Below are positions 38,454-48,815 of a stretch of DNA of 64,000 nt, piece by piece (position 1 is the stretch's first letter; each line of letters opens with the position of its first letter). The notes under the pieces were generated by a model, which saw only the letters and a list, made by a program, of their open reading frames with translations, was not told the DNA's origin and did not search any database. The stretch comes from Christensenellales bacterium (GTDB lineage: Bacteria > Bacillota > Clostridia > Christensenellales > CAZKXV01): assembly GCA_050952545.1 (NCBI GenBank), contig JBMNLD010000002.1:106889-170888 (forward strand). Direction: 5' to 3'. The position numbers and the translations under genes were made by a program.

Positions 38454-41124
38454 TCTTGAAGGTACAAAAGTCAGCCTGATATTCAGGGGCGGTGTGACCG
38501 CTTATGTGCTTTGGTTCAAATACAACCATACCTGGTACGATGTTAAATTCGAGTACGATCATACCTATACTCCTACGGTAATAGAACAACTCGACGAAAC
38601 TCTGAACGAGATAACGCAGAGTATGGGGGACGGCTATACCGTGCCTATCAGCGACAGCGGAGTCATACAGGGCGATACCGCTTCGATTCCTGCGCTTGAG
38701 GAAGCCACTCTCGTTGAAAACACCATAATAAGCGCCTCGCCTGTTATAATAAGTTTCGGAAATTCCCAAATGTTGATATACAAGCAGGGCGTGTCCCATA
38801 GGGGCTTAAGCTACGAGGGACTGTTTTACAAAATTAGGAGCGGTAACGGAAGCTGGAGCGGGGCAAGACAGGTCACCACGATGGTGAGGAATATAAGTGA
38901 ATTCAGCGTGGCGGTTTATAAGGGTAATCCTATGATTGCGTTCACGCATACGACCGCGGACGGCAATCTTGCCTCGCAAATGCAGTATGTGGATGTTTCG
39001 GTAGCAGTCTATGATCGGGCGAGAGATCGGTTTGATGTTAGCGAAATAACGAGCGACAACCTGCCCGACAGCAATCCCCTTTTGGTTGCGGACAATAATT
39101 ATGCCATACTCATTTTCGATAAAGCCTACCGCAACGATTATAATATGAATATGACGCTTGCTTCGGCTCTTTTCAACGAAAGGGATCTCAATTATAAAAT
39201 GTACTGCACCTATGGTGCAAATGGCTTTTCAAATCCCAAAATATTTGAGCGGGGCGCTTACAATTCGACCGGCGAAAGCGGCGTTATTGTAAACGGCATC
39301 CTAAGTTACGCGATCATTGCGGATATGGACGGGAATATCGCTACCGATTCAGACACGGAAGTGCTGGCTTGGACGTATAATTTCGCAACAGATACTTGGA
39401 GCAGCTACAGTAACATTACCAACAATGCCGTTGCCGAAACCAAACTGATAGTAGTCCTGCAAAACGGAGCACCGGTATATCTCTGGCTCAACAAGTACGG
39501 CATTAATTATTGCGTTGCGGGCGGAGCGTCACGCGTTATCAACACCTATGAGCAAGGTGATATAACATACTTTAAGGCAAGCGTTTTCGACAACAAGCTG
39601 TTCATCGCCTGGACAGAAAACACTGTTAACATCGAGGAAGAAAGCAGCAATTATGTGTATTTCCTTGTTATTGACGGGGATGGCAACATCGGGCGTCGCA
39701 AGGCGCTTATCGGTACGGACGGGATAATAATAGACTATTCGCTGTCTGCAAACGCGCAGGAAATTTACGCGGTATACTGTATGTCCTCATACGATATAGA
39801 GCTTGAGCGCCCCAATGTTTATTCGATTGAGAGCGTAAGAGTGCCCTTTGTAATCAATGCCTCCGCGGAGAATATATACACCGCGACGGGAAGATGGCGC
39901 GCCGGAGAAACCGAAACCGTTTACTTCGATGTCACCAATTATGGAGATTATCTGCTTAACAATATAGTTGTTACGGTACGCGCCAACAACCAAAGCGGAG
40001 CGGTGCTCTATACCGCTACAATAAACAATCTCAAAATCGGAGAAACAAAGACGCTCAGCTTTTCAACAACGATATCCGAGGGCTTGTACGGTCTGTTTAT
40101 TACGCTGGAACACGGAAGCTCGATATCGCCCAGCCTAATGAGCCTGGGCTCGGTGACATTGCTTGCTAACGAAAGCAGCGGTATTTCGAATATCAATTTC
40201 TCCATGCAAACCCAAGAGATTTCCTTCGAGTCATTCAAAGCCATTTGCCAGAATAACACCGTTAAGGTCATCGCGGGCATCGACAATCTAGGGGATACCG
40301 CCACATCCGGAGTCATAAAACTCTATGTTATAAAGGACTTCGTTTCCACGCTTATACTAACCAAGAACTTTACGCTGGCATACGGTGAGAACGCGGACAT
40401 CTTGTTGGAGATAGCCACAAGCGCCTTAAAAGCCTACCGGTCGGACAGCGGAATGTTAAGTTTTGCCGCATACATAGACTCCGAAACGGCGGATATAGCC
40501 ACCTTTGCGCAAAACTGCTCCGTAATGTTTAAGGAGATTTTCATAATCACGGTTAAGAGCGGCAAGAGCGTTGACATTATTTACAACGATACCGGCGTTA
40601 TCGACGCGCCGCCTATGCCGACAAAACCCGGCTTTAATTTCGGCGGCTGGTATCTCGACGAAGAATTGACCATAAAAGCGGAATTCCCGCTGCAATTGAC
40701 GGGCGATATTACTTTATATGCCAAATGGACGGTAAAACCCATGTTCGTGGCGGGCTTGTCGGCAGGCGGATTGCTGTTTATTGCGGGAGCGGTTGTATTG
40801 TTCTTATTCTTGAGAAAGAATAAAAGATATAAAGCCGTAATCCTTTGGCTGAAAGAATTCTTCGGCGGAATAAAGGAAAAGCTTGCTGGCATTTTTAAGA
40901 AAAAAGACAGAGAGACGGTTGCAACGGAAAACGACGCTCCGTCTGAAACATTGTATGACAATGCCGTGGAGTCCGAAACATCAGAAAACCAAGCCGCCGA
41001 GCTTGAAACGACGGAAAATACTACCGCCGAGCCTGACAGGACGGACGACAATGCCGTCGAGCGAGAAACAACGGACAAACAAGCGGAATCCGAGGAAAAA
41101 GAGGAGGGAAACAACAATGACTGA
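38440..41124 (+). CDS. Large cell-surface protein (Ig/CARDB-like domains, InlB B-repeat, C-terminal TM, acidic tail), probably 5'-truncated
   Basis: Frame is open from 38440 with no signal peptide or RBS; PTKPGFNFGGWY..TLYAKW B-repeat; TM AGLSAGGLLFIAGAVVLFLFL then RKNKR. Confidence 0.7.
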   Translation, partial: RKNGNLEGTKVSLIFRGGVTAYVLWFKYNHTWYDVKFEYDHTYTPTVIEQLDETLNEITQSMGDGYTVPISDSGVIQGDTASIPALEEATLVENTIISASPVIISFGNSQMLIYKQGVSHRGLSYEGLFYKIRSGNGSWSGARQVTTMVRNISEFSVAVYKGNPMIAFTHTTADGNLASQMQYVDVSVAVYDRARDRFDVSEITSDNLPDSNPLLVADNNYAILIFDKAYRNDYNMNMTLASALFNERDLNYKMYCTYGANGFSNPKIFERGAYNSTGESGVIVNGILSYAIIADMDGNIATDSDTEVLAWTYNFATDTWSSYSNITNNAVAETKLIVVLQNGAPVYLWLNKYGINYCVAGGASRVINTYEQGDITYFKASVFDNKLFIAWTENTVNIEEESSNYVYFLVIDGDGNIGRRKALIGTDGIIIDYSLSANAQEIYAVYCMSSYDIELERPNVYSIESVRVPFVINASAENIYTATGRWRAGETETVYFDVTNYGDYLLNNIVVTVRANNQSGAVLYTATINNLKIGETKTLSFSTTISEGLYGLFITLEHGSSISPSLMSLGSVTLLANESSGISNINFSMQTQEISFESFKAICQNNTVKVIAGIDNLGDTATSGVIKLYVIKDFVSTLILTKNFTLAYGENADILLEIATSALKAYRSDSGMLSFAAYIDSETADIATFAQNCSVMFKEIFIITVKSGKSVDIIYNDTGVIDAPPMPTKPGFNFGGWYLDEELTIKAEFPLQLTGDITLYAKWTVKPMFVAGLSAGGLLFIAGAVVLFLFLRKNKRYKAVILWLKEFFGGIKEKLAGIFKKKDRETVATENDAPSETLYDNAVESETSENQAAELETTENTTAEPDRTDDNAVERETTDKQAESEEKEEGNNND

Positions 41125-42058
41125 TAATAGAAAAAAAGTATCGATATTGTTTTCGGTACTGTTATGTATGTGTTTGTTATCGGGATTAACCGTCGCTCAT
41201 TTAGTATTGTTTGCTTCCGCAGACGCTCCCGATACGACGAGCGTGTTTGAAATATCCTCCGACGGTAAAACATTGTTGTCCTATACCGGAAATGCAACGA
41301 CGCTGAATATTCCTGTCGGCATAGAAAAAATTGCGGCGGGCGCGTTCAAGAACAAGACCAATCTGGTATATGTACTGATAAATTCGCAGACCAAAATCAT
41401 AGAACAAAAAGCTTTTTACGGTTGTACCAATCTGAAAAACTGCGTAATACCCGAGGACAGCAATCTTACGAGCATTGGATTTATGACATTCGCTAGATGC
41501 GGAACATTGCGTGAAATCAATCTTCCGTCAAAGCTTACCGAAATAGGAGATTTCGCGTTTTTGGCGTGTAGCCAAATAACCTCTTTTGATCTACCCGAAT
41601 CGCTGCAAAAAATCGGCGAATACGCTTTTATGTCCTGCATCAACATCACAAAATTCCAAATATCCAAAAACATAACGAGTATAGGAAAGGGCGCATTCAA
41701 TTATTGTATCAAGCTGGAAAACTTCAGCGTGGTTGAAGGCTGCAAAAATTATTCGACTGCTAACGGCGTGCTTTTCGACAAAAACAAAACGACTCTTATA
41801 AGATATCCTATCGCAAAAACGGCTATGGCGTACACCATGCCCGATACCGTCAAGACCGTAAAAACCTGCGCGTTTTGGGATAACAGATCCTTAAAATCAA
41901 TAACCTTGGGGCGCAATGTGACCCATATGGAGAAACACAGTATCAATTATTTGTCCGAAAATACCGTTCTTACCGACCTATATTACCCCGCGAGCAAAGA
42001 ACCTCTTTTATGGCGTGCTATTGCTTATTGCCCCAATCTTTCTCTCCACCCGCAATAA
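41117..42058 (+). CDS. BspA-type leucine-rich repeat surface protein
   Basis: GAGGAGG RBS; signal/TM segment; repeats of L..I..P..L..IG..AF..C. Confidence 0.9.
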   Translation: MTDNRKKVSILFSVLLCMCLLSGLTVAHLVLFASADAPDTTSVFEISSDGKTLLSYTGNATTLNIPVGIEKIAAGAFKNKTNLVYVLINSQTKIIEQKAFYGCTNLKNCVIPEDSNLTSIGFMTFARCGTLREINLPSKLTEIGDFAFLACSQITSFDLPESLQKIGEYAFMSCINITKFQISKNITSIGKGAFNYCIKLENFSVVEGCKNYSTANGVLFDKNKTTLIRYPIAKTAMAYTMPDTVKTVKTCAFWDNRSLKSITLGRNVTHMEKHSINYLSENTVLTDLYYPASKEPLLWRAIAYCPNLSLHPQ

Positions 42059-42340
42059 GAATGTATCCCAATAATTAGTAATTCAAGTATTAATAAAGCT
42101 ATTTGTTTAATTCATTATTGGAAATATGAAATAAAAAAAGGTGCAGAGGTTTGATTTACTATTATCTTAGATAATGTGTATCAAACATGCACCATACCTA
42201 TTTACACTGATAGTTAATATATTTATTATGTTATTATCAATTGTTTATGTTAAAAACAATATGTTTATTGATATTTGTTTAAGATTGTTTTTGTAGTTCT
42301 CTGTATAAGCCGTTTCGCTTGCCGTTATAGGCAAGCGAAA

Positions 42341-42802
42341 CTAAAAGGGCGTTATGACGCCGCAGGCGATTTTTTCGCCGCTGTTGCCCGCTGGCTCGGT
42401 GCGGTAGTCGTCTGGAGATTCGTGTATTAATACAGTCAGCCCCATGATATCCGATACCAGAAATTTATCCGATGTGAATTTCATCATCGCCGTGCCGTCC
42501 GACATAGGCATTAAGACGGGGAAGTCGCCCGCATGGTCTCCGTGAGGACGGTCGCCGGGATTGTAATGCGTGCCGCTTAACGGGAATTGGTCGTCTATTG
42601 TGCCTATTTCGCAGCTTTTGCCGTTATGTATATGAAAGCCGAAAGGCCCTACCGCCTTGCCGTCCGCTCTTGAAAACGCGGGCAGGTTATGTATCTTGAC
42701 ATTTATCTCCACGCCGTCTCGAAATTGCGTAAACAGCACCGTTCCGTTGATGTCCGGATATAACAGTCCGCCTTTTACTACGGCTTTGGCTTTATTTATC
42801 AT
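42341..42802 (-). CDS. Cu/Zn superoxide dismutase family protein
   Basis: GFHIH, HYNP, HAGDFP and LIHESPDD...GNSGEKIACG. Confidence 0.92.
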   Translation of the reverse strand: MINKAKAVVKGGLLYPDINGTVLFTQFRDGVEINVKIHNLPAFSRADGKAVGPFGFHIHNGKSCEIGTIDDQFPLSGTHYNPGDRPHGDHAGDFPVLMPMSDGTAMMKFTSDKFLVSDIMGLTVLIHESPDDYRTEPAGNSGEKIACGVITPF

Positions 42803-42891
42803 AATTCACCTCCAAATTCATCTTATGATTTGAGCAATAATTTATTACCTTGCAATGATTATTGTGTTATAATTAGCGGCGAGGAAGTTAT

Positions 42892-44943
42892 ATGAAAAAG
42901 ATTCATGTTATATGCAAGACGCATCTTGACTTAGGTTACACGGATTACGCGGAAAATATCGAGAAACTTTACAGAGAGAAATTCATTCCCGAAGCGATTG
43001 AACTCGCCAAAGAATTAAATACGGATAAGAAGCGGTTTATCTGGACGCTCGGCTCCTGGGTGATTGAAAACGCGCTGAAATATTCGGATGAAAGCGTAAG
43101 AGCGGAGCTTGACGGCGCTATAAGACGAGGGGATATAGTGCCGCACGGAATACCTTTCACGACGCATACGGAATTGTTGGACGAAGACACCGTAAGATAC
43201 GGTCTTGAGATAGCCGTAAAACTTAAATCCGAGTATAAGCTGAATATCATATCCGCTAAGATGACGGATGTGCCCGGGCATACGGGCGCGATTGTGCCGC
43301 TGCTTGAGGAATACGGCATTAAGCTGCTGCATATCGGCGTCAACGAGGGCTCGGCGATTCCCGATGTGCCCAAGGCTTTTTTATGGAAATACGGCAGCGG
43401 CGAAATCGTAGTCGTATACGAGGGAAGTTACGGCAGCCTGTATAAAAACGAATACATAGACGATATTTTATGCTTTGCTCATTCCTCGGACAATAAAGGC
43501 CCGAACAGCAAGAAAAATATTCTTAAACTTTATGAAAAGCTTGAAAGGGAATACCCCGATTACGAAGTCTCGGCGTCAACGCTTGATAATTATGCCGCTG
43601 AGCTTATTAAGGTCAAGGATAAGCTGCCCGTTGTTACTTCCGAAATAGGCGACAGCTGGATTCACGGCGCAGCCAGCGACCCGTATAAGTCCGCCGCTTT
43701 AAGGGAGCTTATACATCTCAAGAATAAATGGCTCTCGGATAGATCCTTAAAGCGCGGCGACGCGGAATATGACAATCTTGCAAATTACATTCTCACGCTC
43801 GCGGAGCACACCTGCGGAATGGATGTAAAAAAGCACCTTTCCGATGTCGGCGTGTATCTCAAAAAGGATTTCAATAAGGCAAGGGCGGCGGACGACGCGA
43901 GACTTAAATTCGGCATTAATGGCTTATTTTACAAAAGCCATGTCTCGTTAATGAGATTAAAAGGCGAGTACAATAAGGGAAGCTATCGCGTAATCGAGAA
44001 GAGCTGGCAGGAGCAGAGGGATTATATAGACAGCGCGGTTCGAAAGTTAAGCGCGCCGCACAGGGAGGAAGCCGTAACAAGACTTCAATCGCTCATACCG
44101 CAAAAAGGCTTTGATAGAAGCAATATGAAAGAAATATCTTATGGGCAAACGGTATCCGCTGGCGGATATACGGTAGCGTTTAACGCAAGAGGCGCTATCA
44201 AGGATTTAACATATAATGACAGCGCCTTAATTTCTGACAACGAAAATACGCTTATTGACTATCAATCCTTTAATTCGCGCGATTATGAATTCTGGCGCCA
44301 TAACTACACAAGGGCCGAAAACAGAAATACGCCGTGGGTGCTCGGCGATTTCCTGAGACCTGCTCTGAAATACTATGACAATAAATTCCCGTCCGGCGTC
44401 TACGGCTATTCTTTGAAAAGGTTATTGATGACCGAAGACGAATCCGCGCTATATATAATTTCGGAGCTTACTATTGACGTAGGGCTTACAATTGAACTCG
44501 GCGCGCCCCGGACAATCGAGGTTAAATATACATTCTTCAAGCAAGAATTTAAGATAGCAATCGAGCTAATATGGCTTGACAAGGACGCTTCAAGGCTTAC
44601 TGAAGCGCTGTTTATGCATATGAATTTCGATTTCTCCAAGGATTTATGCTATTATAAGCTCGGCAGAAAGATTAATCCTTACGATATTGTAATAAACGGC
44701 AACAGACATCTTGCCGCTGTTTGGAAAGTTGAATTTGATATCGATAAATCAAAGTATAAGATATTAAATTGCCACGCGCCGCTGGTGTCGTTAGGCAAAG
44801 GCAAGATTTTAAGATTCGATAATAAGTACGAGGATATCGGGGACGGTATAACTTATATTCTTTACAATAATGTATGGGGCACGAATTTCCCGCTATGGTA
44901 TTCGGATAACGCGTATTTTAAGTTCGAGATAACCAAAGGCTAG
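42892..44943 (+). CDS. DUF5054 / GH38-like glycoside hydrolase
   Basis: KTHLDLGYTD, TDVPGHT, EIGDSWIHG and LYNNVWGTNFPLW. Confidence 0.8.
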   Translation: MKKIHVICKTHLDLGYTDYAENIEKLYREKFIPEAIELAKELNTDKKRFIWTLGSWVIENALKYSDESVRAELDGAIRRGDIVPHGIPFTTHTELLDEDTVRYGLEIAVKLKSEYKLNIISAKMTDVPGHTGAIVPLLEEYGIKLLHIGVNEGSAIPDVPKAFLWKYGSGEIVVVYEGSYGSLYKNEYIDDILCFAHSSDNKGPNSKKNILKLYEKLEREYPDYEVSASTLDNYAAELIKVKDKLPVVTSEIGDSWIHGAASDPYKSAALRELIHLKNKWLSDRSLKRGDAEYDNLANYILTLAEHTCGMDVKKHLSDVGVYLKKDFNKARAADDARLKFGINGLFYKSHVSLMRLKGEYNKGSYRVIEKSWQEQRDYIDSAVRKLSAPHREEAVTRLQSLIPQKGFDRSNMKEISYGQTVSAGGYTVAFNARGAIKDLTYNDSALISDNENTLIDYQSFNSRDYEFWRHNYTRAENRNTPWVLGDFLRPALKYYDNKFPSGVYGYSLKRLLMTEDESALYIISELTIDVGLTIELGAPRTIEVKYTFFKQEFKIAIELIWLDKDASRLTEALFMHMNFDFSKDLCYYKLGRKINPYDIVINGNRHLAAVWKVEFDIDKSKYKILNCHAPLVSLGKGKILRFDNKYEDIGDGITYILYNNVWGTNFPLWYSDNAYFKFEITKG

Positions 44944-45128
44944 TCTAAGAGCTCTTCATAAGTTACGCCGAAATATTCCTTGAGCTTTTTCAGCGTGCTG
45001 AAATCAGCTTCGGTCTTGTTGTTCTCCCAAGCGGAAACAGTAGAGCGGCTGATATCAAGAATTCTCGCAAGCTCTTCCTGCGTAAGATTATTCTCTATTC
45101 TTAAATTCTTTATATTATCGCAAAACAT
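44940..45128 (-). CDS. XRE-family HTH regulator
   Basis: LTQEELARILDISRSTVSAWE. Confidence 0.9.
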   Translation of the reverse strand: MFCDNIKNLRIENNLTQEELARILDISRSTVSAWENNKTEADFSTLKKLKEYFGVTYEELLD

Positions 45129-45279
45129 ACTCTCTACCCGTTCTATTATGCCAGATTTGTAAACTTAATATATCCTTTGACAGAAAAATATTCATTATAT
45201 CAAATTGTATAACTCCTCACTAATATTAATATCTCAATATAGGATTGTAATACATAATCCCGGTGTTTTTCTTAACAAT

Positions 45280-46008
45280 ATGAGTATGAGCAAATTTTGG
45301 TTAGAGTTATCCGATGTGAGTTTAAGAAGCATAATCTCCGTGGTAGTGCTCTTTATTCTCGCAAAATTAATGGGTAAAAGGCAGATATCACACCTGACAT
45401 TCTTCGATTATGCCATCGGCATATCCATAGGCTCTATTGCCGCCGCGCTCGCCGTGGACAGGAGCGTTGACTACGAGCACGGATTGGCGGGAATGATTAT
45501 ATATGCGCTGTTCGGAATATTACTTTCTTATATCACATTAAAAAGCGTCAAAATGCGCGAGATTATAAGCGGTACGCCTACGATAATAATTCAAAACGGC
45601 AAGATTATCGAGCAAAACCTCAGAAAAACCAAATTGCATGTAAACGATATTCTGGAGGAGTGCAGAATTATGGGCGCGTACAACATAGCCGATGTCGAAT
45701 ACGCGATACTTGAGACCAACGGAAAGGTAAGCGTATTATTGAAATCCCAGAAAGCGCCCGTAACCTGCGAAGACCTGAAAATTCCGACCGAATATAAAGG
45801 TCTCAGCGCAGACCTTATCATAGACGGCAAGATAATGCCCAAGCACCTTGCAAAGGTCAATCTGACCGAAGAATGGTTAAAGGACGAATTAAAGAAAAGG
45901 AATATTATGTCCCATAAGGATGTGCTGCTCGCATCGCTCGATACCTCGGGTAATCTGCTGATTGACCTGAAGAATAAGAGCATTAAGCCTATGGATATCA
46001 TCGAATAA
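45280..46008 (+). CDS. DUF421 (YetF) domain membrane protein
   Basis: GKRQISHLTFFDY, GTPTIIIQNGKI and AILETNGKVS. Confidence 0.9.
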   Translation: MSMSKFWLELSDVSLRSIISVVVLFILAKLMGKRQISHLTFFDYAIGISIGSIAAALAVDRSVDYEHGLAGMIIYALFGILLSYITLKSVKMREIISGTPTIIIQNGKIIEQNLRKTKLHVNDILEECRIMGAYNIADVEYAILETNGKVSVLLKSQKAPVTCEDLKIPTEYKGLSADLIIDGKIMPKHLAKVNLTEEWLKDELKKRNIMSHKDVLLASLDTSGNLLIDLKNKSIKPMDIIE

Positions 46009-46209
46009 CGAATACTCGCATCCTATAAAAATATTGATAAATCGAATAACCAATTTCGGGCGTATTAATAAACCGGTTGAAAATGAACAAGTTGGACAGA
46101 AAATGCGCCCTTTAGACGCTCTAAAAATAATAAAATATTAATAAAATTTCACAAAAATATATTGACAAGGAATACTATGCAATGTATAATATATCGCATA
46201 GGAGAGTAT

Positions 46210-46530
46210 ATGGAGGTACAATTAAAGAAGGGCATACTTGACATAGTAGTATTATCCACCCTTATTAATAAGGATTCATACGGCTATAAGATTATTCAGG
46301 ACATCTCGGGTATAGTCGAAATATCCGAATCCACGCTGTATCCGATACTGAGAAGACTTGAGACTAGCAACTGCCTGACGACTTACAATGTGGAGCATAA
46401 CGGAAGACTTAGAAAGTATTATAAAATCACCCGGGAGGGTATAGGTAAAATCAAAACATTTATCGACGAGTGGCAGGAAATAAAAAATATATATGAATTT
46501 ATCGTCAATAAATCAAGGAGCAATTTATGA
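46210..46530 (+). CDS. PadR family regulator
   Basis: QLKKGILD, ESTLYPILRRLE and RKYYKIT. Confidence 0.93.
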   Translation: MEVQLKKGILDIVVLSTLINKDSYGYKIIQDISGIVEISESTLYPILRRLETSNCLTTYNVEHNGRLRKYYKITREGIGKIKTFIDEWQEIKNIYEFIVNKSRSNL

Positions 46531-47123
46531 AAAAGAATGATTTTGTAAAAGAGCTGAAAAAGTCCTTAAACCAGTTTTCCGAAGAGGAGATTAAGGACAT
46601 TGTAAGCTATTACGAGGAGATGATAACCGAAAGAACGGATGAGGGCGTAAGCGAAGATGAAGCGGTAAAATCTCTCGGAGACATCAAGGTTATTGCGGCA
46701 AGAATTAAATCCGAGCTGATAGGCGAGCGGCTTAATCAGCCTAAGAACATCGTCAAGACCTCGAATAACTTCTTTATTTTGCTGATGCTGTTCGCCTCGC
46801 CCGCGCTGATACCGCTCGGGATAGTCTTCTTCACGCTCTTTATAACCGTATTCATCCTATTTGCCTCTCTGACGGTGTCTTTTGCCGCGGGCGCGGTATC
46901 TATGATAATCTCATTAATTCCCGTGGCGATTATGGCAGCCTCTTATTCGGGCGCGGGGCTTGCGTTAGTGTCGGGCGGAGTGCTGCTGATGCTTATAGGA
47001 GTGTTCTCGCTGCTTGCGATACTCACATTTAACGCGGGCATGATGCTAATGAATAAAGTCATAAAATTTATGAATAAGACGATTAAGAAATTTAATAAGG
47101 CAGGTGATAAAAAATGTTATTAA
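46527..47123 (+). CDS. DUF1700 (HAAS-domain) membrane protein
   Basis: F..EL...L......E..DI..YYEEMI....DEG.SE.EAV..LG. Confidence 0.88.
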   Translation: MKKNDFVKELKKSLNQFSEEEIKDIVSYYEEMITERTDEGVSEDEAVKSLGDIKVIAARIKSELIGERLNQPKNIVKTSNNFFILLMLFASPALIPLGIVFFTLFITVFILFASLTVSFAAGAVSMIISLIPVAIMAASYSGAGLALVSGGVLLMLIGVFSLLAILTFNAGMMLMNKVIKFMNKTIKKFNKAGDKKCY

Positions 47124-48016
47124 TTAAAGGAATGATAAAGGTAGCGGTATCAGTAATAATCATAGGCGCTATTGTATGCGGAATCGGCTTTTTTGTGGGC
47201 GACTTCTCATTCGCGGACATAAGAAAGAGTTTCTTTAGAGACGATGATTTCACTCTCGTCGAAAAAGACTTTGAATCCGACGCTGATAAAATCAATATAA
47301 ACGCCGATAATAACATAATCGAGTTCAGGGTCTCGGATGACGCTGGATTCCATACATCTTATTATGTGGCGAATTACTATAAGGTCACTCTGGATTATTC
47401 CGGCGATACGGTGTCGATAAACGCCAAAAACACACAGAAGTGGAATTTCTTGAGATACGGCTATGTGTCCGCTAAAGTAAGAACAATGATTATCGAAGTG
47501 CCCGCGGCATTTGAGGGCGAAATTACGGTCGATACGGCTAACGGTAATGTGAGTTCGAATGAAATCGGCAGGCTTACTAAATTAAATATCAATACCACCA
47601 ACGGCGATATCGGCGTTTCGGGATTGATTTCAGACGGAGGCATCCTCCTTGACACGACAAACGGCGAAATCGAATTAAGAAATATTAGCGCCGCGTCTGT
47701 TTCCGCCGAAACGACAAACGGCGAAATCGTTATGAATAATGTCTTAGCGCCTGAAATCTCGGCTGATACGAATAACGGCAGAATAGAGTTAATCGGCATA
47801 ACATCGGACAGTGTCGAAGCGGAGACGACTAACGGTCTGATTAAGATAAGCATTTACGGGGATAAAGACGATTATAAAATCGATGTCGGTACGACTAACG
47901 GCGATATAACGGTGGACGGGCTTAAAATCCTGAATCAGGTAATAAATCCCGGCAAGGCCGAAAAAATCAGCGCCGAAACCACTAACGGAAAGATAGAAAT
48001 CAATTTCCTTGATTAA
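47114..48016 (+). CDS. DUF4097 beta-strand-repeat protein
   Basis: Repeated xTTNGxI units. Confidence 0.88.
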   Translation: MLLIKGMIKVAVSVIIIGAIVCGIGFFVGDFSFADIRKSFFRDDDFTLVEKDFESDADKININADNNIIEFRVSDDAGFHTSYYVANYYKVTLDYSGDTVSINAKNTQKWNFLRYGYVSAKVRTMIIEVPAAFEGEITVDTANGNVSSNEIGRLTKLNINTTNGDIGVSGLISDGGILLDTTNGEIELRNISAASVSAETTNGEIVMNNVLAPEISADTNNGRIELIGITSDSVEAETTNGLIKISIYGDKDDYKIDVGTTNGDITVDGLKILNQVINPGKAEKISAETTNGKIEINFLD

Positions 48017-48064
48017 AAAACAATAAAGGGTTATCTTAATAGTAGGAGTACCGCGGAGGGTCTT

Positions 48065-48283
48065 ATGAAGAAAAACAAATATATGTACACGGGAATAGGC
48101 ATAGCGCTCGGCACGGCGATAGCGGCGTCATTGTGTCTGACGCTATACGCTCTGACCTTAAATCCGCTGTTCATACCCTTTATCGGCATAGGGACTGTGG
48201 TAGGACTGATTTTCGGCTCCAATCTCGACCGCTCCGCGCAAAAGAAAGAAAAAGAGTCTGATAAGGGCGATAAACGGCTTTAA
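48065..48283 (+). CDS. Small two-TM hypothetical protein
   Basis: GGAGG RBS; glycine-rich hydrophobic helices. Confidence 0.6.
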   Translation: MKKNKYMYTGIGIALGTAIAASLCLTLYALTLNPLFIPFIGIGTVVGLIFGSNLDRSAQKKEKESDKGDKRL

Positions 48284-48401
48284 CCGTAAGTTATAAGGCG
48301 GCGCTTGCCTAATAACTTTTTCGTAAATAAATTTATTATTATTGACCCCGAATTAATTAAGTGGTATAAATATATTATTAAATATAAACGGAGAAAATTT
48401 T

Positions 48402-48815
48402 ATGGCAAGCAAATACGGTAAAGATACGATTATTATCTGGAAAGACAGAAAAAGATTTATGGGTATGCCGCTCTCTTTTACGAGATACATACTTGCCGAG
48501 AAGGAAAACAACTGGGTAAAGCTGTTTCAGTCAATAGGCTTCTTCTCGACCAAAGAGGAGGAAGTCAACGCGTACAGGGTAATAGATATTTCCTTAAAGA
48601 GAAATCTTGCGGATAAAATATTCAGGGTAGGCAGCCTGCAACTCACATGCAAGGACGCTACCACGCCGTCATTGATTCTCAGAAAAATCAAGAAACCCTA
48701 TGAGGTCAGAGACATTATCACCGAAATAGTCGAAAGAGAACGCAATAAGAAGCGTATCAGAGTCAATGAATTTCACACGACCGACGGCGATATGATGGAC
48801 GACGATTTCACCTAA
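48402..48815 (+). CDS. Bacterial PH domain-containing protein
   Basis: IIWKDRKR..GMPLSFTRY and YRVIDISLKR. Confidence 0.85.
   Translation: MASKYGKDTIIIWKDRKRFMGMPLSFTRYILAEKENNWVKLFQSIGFFSTKEEEVNAYRVIDISLKRNLADKIFRVGSLQLTCKDATTPSLILRKIKKPYEVRDIITEIVERERNKKRIRVNEFHTTDGDMMDDDFT

Noticed and set aside
40883-41116. Extended N-terminus of the LRR protein given in the ORF track
   Set aside because: Overlaps the upstream CDS by ~240 bp; the ATG at 41117 has a GAGGAGG RBS and is followed by a signal-like segment
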